A stretch of DNA of 63,354 nt, the filler included, from Phoronis australis (lineage: Eukaryota; Animalia; Phoronida), in assembly GCA_002633005.1 (NCBI GenBank). It is 4 parts of 4 records of this genome, joined end to end, with 100 filler letters (N's around TTAATTAATTAA, not from the genome) between each part and the next. Parts side by side here need not be neighbours in the genome. Positions count along the whole stretch, not along the records: positions 37,037 to 60,454 come from NMRA01000015.1; positions 60,555 to 63,354 come from NMRA01003414.1; 2 more parts are not named here. One strand, written 5' to 3'. The notes beneath the pieces were generated by a model. It saw nothing but the letters and a program-made list of their open reading frames with translations, searched no databases and was not told the origin of the DNA. The translations under genes and the position numbers were made by a program. Positions 53,401 through 63,354 of this stretch are shown in pieces. Position 1 is the first letter of the stretch, and each line of letters starts with the position of its first letter.

Positions 53401-56400
53401 GCTTCTAAGAACACTTCTAAATAACAACTTGAATTTTACTAATAACTATAAAAAGTTCGAAACGTCAATTATCTGCTTCTCACCTAAATTAACAAACTGA
53501 TCACTAAACTCGTAGAATGCTTTAAACCCCCTCCTTTTTATTTCGTATCCAGGCTCTAGTTCCCAGTAGGTGCGATACTCTTTCTTTTGTGATTTGGGAC
53601 GTCCACTCTTTGTCCTGAATTCTGTAATAAGAAATGGAAAGAGTAAGCCATAACGTTAGCAAACAAAGGCAGACAATCTCAACTGTTTTAAATTGCACAA
53701 CGGAAAGATCAAATGACTAAAAATGTGGTAAAAATTGCATAGCTATGAACAGAACTACAAACTTGTGCGTATATTATAACTTATCATTATTCACTTGTTT
53801 TTAGCAGGAATCCATATGGCATTCCGACCTCCGATTTTTAATTGGGGGCTGGTAAAAATCTCAAGTCGCTATGAAGTCAGAACAATTTGGCAAAACTTGT
53901 AAGGGCCCGTTTATGAACCATGCATAGGTAATGTGTGAGTCTTCAGGGGATATTGGGCCCGGTAGAAAAATTGGCAACTAGCGAGCACACAGGACAGTCC
54001 AAATTGTTTTATGTTGATCAGTCCTTCAATTCAGGTATCTTGCTTACACGATGCACTCCCGCATTCAAATTTCAGTTCATTCTTCGAGTTAATAAAATCA
54101 CTTTGATAAATGATTTGATATACTGGTGCACACAATTGCCACAATGCATTGCTCACACAGTTAACGCAATAGGTCATGGGCGAATTTAGGGAGGGCCCAG
54201 GGGCCCGGCCCCACCCCCCCTTGGATGCCGCAAAAAATAAAACAGAGAGCGTGAAAAATATTGAGTTTATTAATTAACCCCGGTAATTAATATTATACAG
54301 CTGAAACAAGATCTAACGTGTGCAGTTTTATTTTGTGTGTGCGTGTGTGTGTATGAGGGGGGGGGCTCAGCCCCAATTTCACGTGTCCAATTCGGACCAC
54401 CAGCGCAATGGTAACGGAACTATGGCTAAGTAATGTCTATGACGCTCCCGATAGATATGTGCGTGATATCCCAGGCGATCCACAGGCACTGCACACTACC
54501 AATCCGTGTCCGTCATCTGCTCCACTGTGCAATGAAGAAAATTACTTCATTTTTTTCAAAGTAAACGGAATGTGAGTGACGAAGAAACAGAAGCTACTGG
54601 CAAGATGTAAATTTTAATCACTCAGAAACTCATAATTCTCTCTTTTTCAAACATTAAAATTAAGACGATTTCCAAAGCAATTGCGTGGTTAATGCCAACA
54701 CGAAAAACGGATTTGGTCTTTTGTGCAACTGAGGACTATTTTAAACACAACTTTTGCTACGAACTGGTTGCACCAAATATAAAGCGCGTAATAAGCATAA
54801 TGGAAAGAAGAAGGTTAACGCGCAAACTTTATGGACCATAAACAAGTACATCTCTTAAAATAACGTTATAAGTGGAAGCGTGATGGCGAAGTAGTAGAGC
54901 AGACAGGTCGTGAATTGAAGTCCATGGCATTTAATTTTCAGTTTTACACTTTTTCAGTTTTTTTTCGTTGATAATACTTCAGAAATCAAGGAAAATGCTT
55001 GTTTTTAGAGGCAAAAACAATAAAATTTTCTCCTGGGCGGGAGGGGGGAACCCGACGTCCCCTAATTTGTCGTTATGCACCTATACAATCGTGCTTTATG
55101 CGATTGTTTACGAGACAAAATGTTGGGCCCCCCTTATGATATCCTAGATTCGCCACTGTCGGTTGGGGCATTACAACAACAGTTGCAGTGGGCTTTGTTT
55201 CAATTTTATTCTTAGTAGACGTTTGCTGTTCAAACAATGAAAAAGTTTAATTTTTAATACCACACCGAGTTCTTATACCTCGTAGTGTCTGAAATAACCG
55301 GAAAAAAGTGTTGCCATAAACAGGCAGTGGTTATCACTGACACCAATATCTTTTCCCTAATCCCCTAACAAAAGAAGCAAGGTAAAAAAGTCCAGCCGCT
55401 GTGGTGAGTGACTATTGTAATCCAAACCAGTGAATGCATTCACAGTTGTCCATTGGAAAATGAGATGTAACACCTCATGGTTCATTTTCAGTGCCAAATA
55501 CGCATCATTTGTAGGGGTCAGGACTTTCACAATGGCCCCCACACCGTGGAATTTTCTTGATTTATCCACCTCAGTTCCCACTAAACATACTGGAAATTTT
55601 ACCAGGTCGCATATGACAAATTGACATATGCTAAACATCAAGCCCTGTCAAATAGATATTTAATGAAAAATGTTATATGCATATGACCAAACAGATACAT
55701 CCACAAGGTAGTAACACAAGTTTCACATTTCCAGACAGCTCAATCACCTTTAACGCAATAATGAGAGAATGGACTAGTGCAAATAACCAAAAAAAATTCT
55801 GGAGTGTTTCCCAGATGCCAGAACCTTGTGAAAAACGTGAGATCATGCAAGAAAACCTTATGTACAGCAAGAAATACAGACTGTGGTGTTTTCTCTAATA
55901 GTTTGAGTGTACGAACCATGCGAGAAAACACCGTATCTTTTTAAGGAAGATTCTCGTGTCTACAGAACTCAGCCCTGTTCACTGTGCAGAATTTTGTCAT
56001 GACAGACAATACCACGGAATAGACAGCTCACCAGCTCCGGATAGTCCAAATTTTTGAGCTCCATGCCAGTCATTGTTCAGTAGACTACAAGCAAGTCATT
56101 GTTCAGCAGACTACATACAAGTCATTGTTCATCAGACTACAAGCAAGTCATTGTTCATCAGACTACATGCAAGTCATTGTTCATCAGACTACATGCAAGA
56201 CATTGCTCATCAGACTACATGCAAGTCATTGTTCAGCAGACTACGTGCAAGACATTGCTCATCAGACTACATGCAAGTCATTGTTCATCAGACTACACGA
56301 AAGTCATTGTTCATCAGACTACACGCAAGTCATTGTTCAGCAGACTACACGCAAGTCATTGTTCATCAGACTACACGCAAGTCATTGCTCATCAGACTAC

Positions 56401-59400
56401 ATGCAAGTCATTGTTCATCAGACTACGTGCAAGTCATTGTTCATCAGACTACGTGCAAATCATTGTTCATCAGACTACACGCAAGTCATTGTTCATCAGA
56501 CTACCTGCAAGTCATTGTTCATCAGACTACATGCAAGTCATTGTTCAGCAGACTACACACAAGTCGTTGTTCAGCAGACTACATGCAAGTCATTGTTCAT
56601 CAGACTACCTGCAAGTCATTCTTCATCAGACTACATGCAAGTCATTGTTCAGCAGACTAGTTCAGCAGACTACATGCAAGTCATTGTTCATCAGACTACA
56701 TGCAAGACAATGTTCAGCAGACTACACCCCATTTCACACCCACTGATACACATTTCAAAGTGTATGGGCTTAAATGCTGGATAGGCGATAAGATATGACA
56801 ATTGCTTTTACATTTTCGCTCTTTTGACAGACTGGTGCTCTCAAAAATCAATGATAATAGCACGTTCAGTTTCCATAAGCTCCTAAGATTGCATCACCAC
56901 GGCCATTTTCTCTTGTGTTACAATTGAGTGTGGTTATTTTTCACTTATTTAGAATGCAAGATGGCTCACAAGAGAAATTCTATTTTGTTGACATTTCTTC
57001 ACAAAAATAAAGATTAGGAGAAATTTGTCTATTGCTTACATGGTCTGTGCTTTGCAGACGATATAAACCAAGTAATCAGCTTTCGAAAAATGGAAAAATG
57101 ACAATTTTGGTGATAATTTGTGTGCAAAATAAGTGGGGGATTACCATGTGACAGTATTTGCAGCTGCACAACAGAACTTCTGCCAGGTCACAGTCAAAAA
57201 GGTCACCCTGTATGTAGGTCACCCTGTATGTTACTATCATTCACGACATACACTTCAACTCCACTCTGTAGTTAAGGCTGGCTAATTTGGTTTGACTGAG
57301 CGTGCAAAGGAGATTGAATATTGATTAAGTTCACTGTATATGATCAATTTATCAGGAATAAACAGAAACCGGACTTCGTACAGACTCCAGATGTTCGAGC
57401 ATGCCTTCGAGTGACTTTTTTCTGTACAAAGACTTCCTACCAAGAAATGAAAGATGTGTGAAGAGGATAACTGAGACGTTCGAGCGTCGTTACAACAACT
57501 CCACGTTAAGTACAAAGCAAATACACTCTGAATAACAATTAACTATTTTATATTATACAAAGTGTTATAAATGGTATTTTAATGACAAAAATATTTTACA
57601 ATCAATTTAAAAGAAGATGTACTTTCAATAATTTTGAAATGTAATAGTTTAACACTACAAATTTGTGTCCGTTGTCATTAGCATAAATGTTTTAAATAAT
57701 TACGTTAAATCTAAGCAACAAAATTTACACATTAAGTACAATTCAACTAACACTGGAGTTATTCACAAAGTACAGTTAGTTTTTGTGATTTAATGGCTCT
57801 TTTGAAGGAAGTGGAATTGGAAATTGGAGTTTGCCCAGCAAGCCTGGCAATTCAGAATTGAAAACATAACCGTATTACACATGTCATGGTGGGACTGTTT
57901 CTTATGTGTCATTTGTACGATCTTTGATACGGCACAAACCGTTATATGGTGCTAAATGGCATGGTACTAATTATACACATGAACGGACAGCACCACACTG
58001 TCACCCCACATGTTGGAGGCAGCGCAAGTTACACCCGACCATCTAAAGTACAAGACAAAAGCAATCAGACAAAATACCATTTCCCCGTCATGACAGCCAA
58101 TTCTGTTCACAGTAAAAATGACTAGTAATATCTAATAGGGTAACAAAATTATTATTACAGAATGGCTTAGTCACCATACTAACTTTCCTGTTGATACCCT
58201 TTATTCTAAATTTTGAGGGATGATGAATTCGGCTTCCACCACACAGCCGTCATGAAGGGTACAGAATTATGTCAATTTTTCTGAATGCTTTTGACTTGTA
58301 CTGTAGTTCTACATACACTTGCTGTCAAAACGTAAAAGCAACGTCACCAATAGCAATTTTCCAATATAGCAGTGAGCAGGTGAAAGGGTATAGTTGGTAA
58401 CTAGTGCAAGGGTAGTTTGTAGCTAGCGCAAGGGTAGTTTGAAGCTAGCGCAAGGGTACTTTGTAGCTAGCGCAAGGGTAGTTTGTAACTAGCGCAAGGG
58501 TTACAGTTTGTAGGTAGCGGAAGGGTAGTTTGTAGCTAGTGTTCTGCGTACGTGAATGGACTTAATGCAACGCGATAATTTCCAGCTTTTTAACTCTTTG
58601 TGATCACCATGCCATGACACTTCCTCTGCTGCATAGGTGGGACATTCGAAAGATTAACACAAAAATGTTTAAAGTTTCAGAATGTCCACGAAAGACAAAA
58701 ATTGCATCTCATGTCTTCAACTCAGCTTGTTTTATATACCAGAAATAGAAATTGGATCAACTGAATGGTGTTTTTGTGCTCTCACGACACCAAGTAGAAT
58801 GTTTCCAAATTAGGGTGTTCTTTCTGTAGCACGTTTCTATTAAGTGAAGTGGTTTTGATGGAACACAAGCACCCTGCAACAGTTCCTACTGACAACGATC
58901 AGCTAAAAAAGATAATTATAGACGGTTTGATGCCTGAATTGTATTGGAAGTGCCCAAGCCACTCTAGGCCGGGCCAATAGCACAAAACACCCCATTTGAA
59001 ACTCCCGAGAACCATCTCATGCATATATAGTCATTGGGTTCTTTCTCATGGGAGTTGTAGATGTAAAGGCTAATAATTAGTCTAAACACAGTATTCGAAG
59101 GTACCTGCAGCTTCATAGGTACCAGGGTTTTCCGCACATAAGCCCACCCGATGAAAAGCCCATCTGCGTTTATTCGGAAAACTATGCTGAATAAACGCCC
59201 ATGGGCATTTATTTGGTGTTACAACTTCTGGTGTCAAGTGTCCAGATAGTGGGACGTTTATTCGGAAAATTTCCTCTTAAAAATCTACTAAGCGTCAACT
59301 TTTAGTCACAAATTCAGTTTTGTGGAGCATTTATCACTTATCATTTATAAAAACGAACAAAGTGCTAGCAAACAAAGGATTTATTAACATAAAATTTAAA

Positions 59401-59723
59401 AACTCATTTTTAAGTAAAAAATGTCAATGTCAGGAAACTTATGCCTTTCCGTTTATATGCCCCCCCTTTTCCGAATAAACGCCCAACCAAATTTTTTCAT
59501 TTTTCGAATCCATGCCCATGGGCTTATTTACGAAAATCCCGGTAACTGTAACTCTGGACTTTGATGAATCAACCTTATGTTTTGGTGCAACAGTGGCTTA
59601 CCGATATGTAGTGATTCATATGTCGAAAAGATCTGCAGGTTTGAGTGTTTCCCACACAAGGTAGCCACAAGAGGCGCTTCATTAGTTTGACCATCGTATA
59701 TCTTCAGTGAGTCGTAAGGACAA
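44337..59723 (-). CDS. Multi-CUB-domain protein, SOL-1 (suppressor of lurcher)-like, partial; exons 59723-59602, 53621-53484, 51940-51896, 49857-49677, 48985-48792, 48281-48065, 46979-46744, 44498-44337
   Basis: All exons are AG/GT bounded with compatible phases. Joined product: CPYDSLKIYDG...LCG...EFRTK...RGFKAFYEFSDQFVNLGRFVNSENAFHIRGTECDQVIRSKGESNGTLASPNFPGQYP...C.Y.LDGLKDSQRLEKV...DFAIPGTP...CHFVYLS...GVFNSPRHPLTYP...GGVIESPSFPDKY. This gives parts of four CUB domains; the HIRGTECDQ.I.SK.ESNGT..SPN.P and D(F/Y).IPGT linkers are what I recall from invertebrate SOL-1 proteins. Confidence 0.85.
46744..46979 (-). CDS. CUB-gene exon
   Basis: tttcag|CTGC...AAAG|gtatg; CTGDWLEVY...RYCG...LKLVFHSN...GFKAYFMF. 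Confidence 0.92.
48065..48281 (-). CDS. CUB-gene exon
   Basis: ttgcag|ACTTC...GACAG|gtaat; CHFVYLSSRHKSGVFNSPRHPLTYPSDMDCVYEF. Confidence 0.92.
48792..48985 (-). CDS. CUB-gene exon
   Basis: ccag|GTGT...AAAG|gtaag; VLCGSALPRPMFSSNPRLVVEFNS...GFNLSYTF. Confidence 0.9.
49360..49471. repeat. ~38-bp tandem repeat x3
   Basis: CTGTCCATCAA.TA....TCACTATCTTGCAACAA. Confidence 0.85.
49677..49857 (-). CDS. CUB-gene exon, not in ORF track
   Basis: cacag|AGTGC...GCTAG|gtac; ECDQVIRSKGESNGTLASPNFPGQYPQNTSCFYFLDG. Confidence 0.9.
50757..51033. repeat. 15-bp minisatellite (CAATGCTCACCAGCT)n
   Basis: About 18 direct copies. Confidence 0.97.
51896..51940 (-). CDS. CUB-gene 45-nt exon
   Basis: ttatag|GCCG...ACTG|gtaag; GRFVNSENAFHIRGT, phase 1-1. 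Confidence 0.85.
53484..53621 (-). CDS. CUB-gene exon, not in ORF track
   Basis: ttacag|AATTC...TTAG|gtgag; EFRTKSGRP...RRGFKAFYEFSDQFVNL. Confidence 0.88.
56068..56727. repeat. 26-bp minisatellite (GCAAGTCATTGTTCATCAGACTACAT)n
   Basis: About 25 direct copies. Confidence 0.97.
58047..58305 (-). mobile_element. Same ~250-bp MITE family
   Basis: Termini AGTACAAGACAAAAGCA ... TGCTTTTGACTTGTACT form an inverted pair. Confidence 0.7.
58398..58541. repeat. 22-bp minisatellite (AGCTAGCGCAAGGGTAGTTTGT)n
   Basis: About 6 copies. Confidence 0.92.
59602..59723 (-). CDS. CUB-gene exon
   Basis: ttgcag|TTGT...ATCG|gtaag; CPYDSLKIYDGQTNEAPLVATLCGKHSNLQIFSTYESLHI. Confidence 0.9.
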
Positions 59724-60304
59724 CTGCAACAAACACAATAGATCTTTTTACGAGACAACTAGTATGGTAAATTTTTATCCCACCTTGGCTGACAGTATTG
59801 CGCTAACTGGGGACATCAATTCATTGCCTAAGGCAAGACATTAGTTAGACATTTGTGGCCAGATATCTTGTATTAGGATATGACAAGTGTGAGTTTAGTA
59901 ATTATTTTTGACGATGTTGGTTTTGGGCCAAATAAACAGTAGAAACCCTGCCACAATTGTTGTTAACATTCTGTTTTGTCATATACACACGTTGGACTCT
60001 CGTGTATATATGTAAATACAAAATGTTACGGTAACAACAATTGTGCTGGATTTTTGCTAATTATTTTTTCCTGCAGTTCAAAAATCCAGCCACTCCATGT
60101 CACAAACAGAAGTGGAAAAATATAGCTAAACCTTGCTAATTATCTTGTAAAAGAATTAGTAGCACTTAATATAGTGGCAGTGCAGTAAAATTGCACCAAT
60201 TTAGTATACAACATTACAGACAATGAAATGAAATTTTATTTTAATACTAGGTAGCAGTATTTATTAGTCCTTAACTTGCATACAAAATCCACCACTGGTA
60301 AGCA

Positions 60305-60454
60305 ATTGTGGCCATTCATAGTGGCCATTCATAGTGGCCATTCATTGTGGCCATTCATTGTGGTCATACATTGTGGCCATTCATTGTGGCCATACATTGT
60401 GGCCATTCATAGTGGCCATTCATTGTGGCCATTCATTGTGGTCATTCATTGTGG
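60305..60454. repeat. 13-bp minisatellite (TGTGGCCATTCAT)n running into a gap
   Basis: About 11 copies. Confidence 0.95.
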
Positions 60455-61309
60455 NNNNNNNNNNNNNNNNNNNNNNNNNNNNNNNNNNNNNNNNNNNNTT
60501 AATTAATTAANNNNNNNNNNNNNNNNNNNNNNNNNNNNNNNNNNNNNNNNNNNNCCCAACTCAAAATCCTGGATCCGCCCCTGGAGACGCCAGTGGTGGA
60601 ACGAAAACCGGCTTGGCCAGGTTTAAACTGGGGTTAAATCACGTTTTACTAGACCATTGGTCTGCAAGTATCATGAAATATAGGTTATCGTTAAACCTGA
60701 TCTAATTCCAATTTGAAGCACGTTTAAGTTTAAACCACTTTTATGATCTTGGTTGCTGGAGTCGTCAAGTAACCATCCCGACGGGGAACTAATAGATGCT
60801 GGTGATTTTTTGGTAAAATAGTTAACTATTTCCGTCAGATAAATATGCACTTAAGATTGTTCGTACGGATGACGTACTGTTACGGTGTTCCCAGTGTTTG
60901 AGTAATTTAATTAAAGATACGTTTCACCCAGATAGCTGCCTGAAAACTTCAAATCGCATAAGACCTTTTACTTTCACAAAATCAGTCTCATAAACTACTC
61001 CTTACCGTGATAAAATTCTACGTGTGTATCTCGATGATACTAATAAAAGAATCAGAACCATCAGCAACCCAATTGAAGCCTCCAGAGTTCATTGGGGCTT
61101 GCCAACGTACCCTAAAAGTGTGGATTAATTTTTAAAATGGTGCATAATACGCGTCGATTGTGACTTGCTTTGTCGGCTCATTCGGCAATAATTCATGACC
61201 GGATGAGTGCGGTAATGTTATTTAACCTCAAAGCGCTGTGGTTCAGAATTCAACATTGGCGTCTAAGCGGAGATATACAGCTTTAACAGATTGAAATTCC
61301 TGGCTAAGT

Positions 61310-61572
61310 TTCAATTTTTTTTTGGAATCTCTCCAGTCGGCATAATTATACAAAATCCGCTTTCCTAAGTGGACAAATCCACTTTGAAAACCAGATAACC
61401 AGATAATTATAAGTCCTAGTCTATGCAGTAACTATTATCANTTCAATTTTTTTTTGGAATCTCTCCAGTCGGCATAATTATACAAAATCCGCTTTCCTAA
61501 GTGGACAAATCCACTTTGAAAACCAGATAACCAGATAATTATAAGTCCTAGTCTATGCAGTAACTATTATCA
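61310..61572. repeat. 131-bp duplication joined by a single N (61441); probable assembly artefact
   Basis: 61310-61440 appears identical to 61442-61572. Confidence 0.9.
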
Positions 61573-63354
61573 GCGTATAGTGTTGTTGGGCATCATCCCT
61601 GGACTGTAAAATTACTTGTTGGACAATGTATAAGCTTACCAGTAAGGTAGTGCTGGAAGCTCGTGTTATTATGGGTGCATTGGACCATCCAGATAGTCCT
61701 AGCAATGTTTTAGCAAGAAAAGAAAATGACAATTAAACACTCAAACGCAGCTACATCGAATGATACGTACGTGAAGTAGCCCTTGCGATTGACAGATATC
61801 GGGTACCAGAGTATATCGAATGGAACACTAATGTGAGGAGGGGTTGGTCGTAGCTGTTTGAATATCAAGGTGATTCGACACAGACTTTATGTTTTTTTTT
61901 TTCATTTTCGATTTTGTAGTTTGGTGTTTGCTTACAAATCATGCAAAAATATGGAGGTCACCGAATTCGTATTTCTGTTAGTCACCTTCATATACGCATC
62001 CCCTATTGCAAAAATGTGAAATTTACTGAAGTTATAGCCATCTTCAATCAAATTAAGGTTAAAAATCTTTTTGAAAAGGAAACAATTTCGTTGCACGATT
62101 TCAGGTTTTTGTTTTAACGCTTTAATGATATTTCCCCTTTAACCGATTTTCTTAGGAGGGCGTAAGTAAACAGTTTTCCATATTTGGACATGGCCGGCGC
62201 ACGGGCCCCACTTTTTTCAGTGCTACGCCGCACGTGGTCTATAGGCGGTGCACCACAGGGGGGCTGAGGGGGTTTTAGCCCCCACTTTATTCAGTGCTGC
62301 GCCGCCCATGTTGGAGTACCTTGAATTTTAGCGTTTTGGATGTTACACAAAAATGCCGCGTATCCCGGTAAAATTTATTCTTTAGTGTCCTACTTTGATG
62401 TCTCGCGTATTTGCTGGCTATTTAGCTGAAACAGCGTCACATAAGAAAGCACGCCATTTTCATGATCACACTTGACGCACTGCATTTCACTAGATGGCAA
62501 TCATTATGTTTTGTTGGTGGGATTGTAAATTATGTTTTCTTGAGTTGAATGAATTGATTCCAGAACTTTCTTCTTTATTGAATTCAAATTTGCCGTTTTA
62601 CCACAATTTGAGACACATTATATCTACATTTCATGCATGTTTGTGCTTATTCTCATGTTTAGTGTGACGTCATTGTGAAATTTGATGTTGCGCGCTATGA
62701 TTATAGCGCTTTTACAGAGCTCAACGCAAAACGAACATTTCAAATATAACATTCTGTTGGCTTAAATGAAAAAAATATTCAAATGCTGTATAAATTAGCC
62801 AATGCTAAAAAACAGCTACTACCTTACCGTTTTGTGACAATTTATGTCGAACCCCTTTACCTGCATTTGTTTCGCAAGCTAACGCTGGCGCATTATTTTA
62901 CTGAGATCCGATCAGGCAACAAGACACGGTATTTTCAGACGAAAAAAGAAGACATCTTGAAACTATTGGGCAACAAAATCAATGCCAAGTGACTATGACT
63001 GCTTAGAGAACTTTTTATGCTTTCCTTCTAGTAAGTTGTTCCTTTACCGCACTATTTTTGGGCAGACTCGCGGCATGTATTCGATTTCCACAAAATGTGT
63101 GTTGGCAATTCTGGATGAGCCGACTGTTAGATGAGACGATCTCTCCACCATGATTGCCATTAACTGAAGACTCTAGCGAGACTCAGGTAATACAATAAAC
63201 TAGACCGCTCATTACATTTGGCAATATATAACTTCAGTAGGGTTAGAGTGATGTTTTTATACACTGCACATGCATGAACTAAACCTACATGTGTAGGTAG
63301 ACCAGGTAGGCTTTGAACGAATTGTAAAACCCAACCATGCTTCCAAATAAAACC

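Noticed and set aside
56068-56784. Three overlapping ~200-aa ORFs; superficially CRISPR-like array
   Set aside because: A 26-bp minisatellite without plus-strand stops opens all three frames. There are no unique spacers or cas genes, and it lies in a eukaryotic intron.

Overview
Eukaryotic (animal, probably marine invertebrate) draft-genome window: AT-rich, intron-rich and repeat-rich, with three linker-filled gaps (10209-10308, 36937-37036, 60455-60554). Most short ORFs in the track are noise. Two spliced minus-strand genes can be rebuilt with GT-AG boundaries and consistent intron phases. (1) SRP receptor alpha (SRPRA), 8 exons over 345-10187; the first exons are not visible and the 3' part runs off the window. 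(2) A multi-CUB-domain gene resembling SOL-1 (suppressor of lurcher), 8 exons over 44337-59723; both ends are unresolved. The most notable element is a ~1.5 kb uninterrupted ORF (7669-9169, minus) nested in an SRPRA intron. Its motifs resemble the inosine-uridine nucleoside hydrolase fold but in circularly permuted order, and it is preceded by an AG acceptor in phase with the upstream SRPRA exon. The remainder holds transposon remnants (hAT, THAP, L1/Tx1-like, I-group LINE, tRNA-SINE, several MITE/foldback families), a ~3 kb repeat array with co-oriented CTCF-like motifs, minisatellites and assembly-artefact duplications. All family assignments are by-eye motif recognition, not database results.
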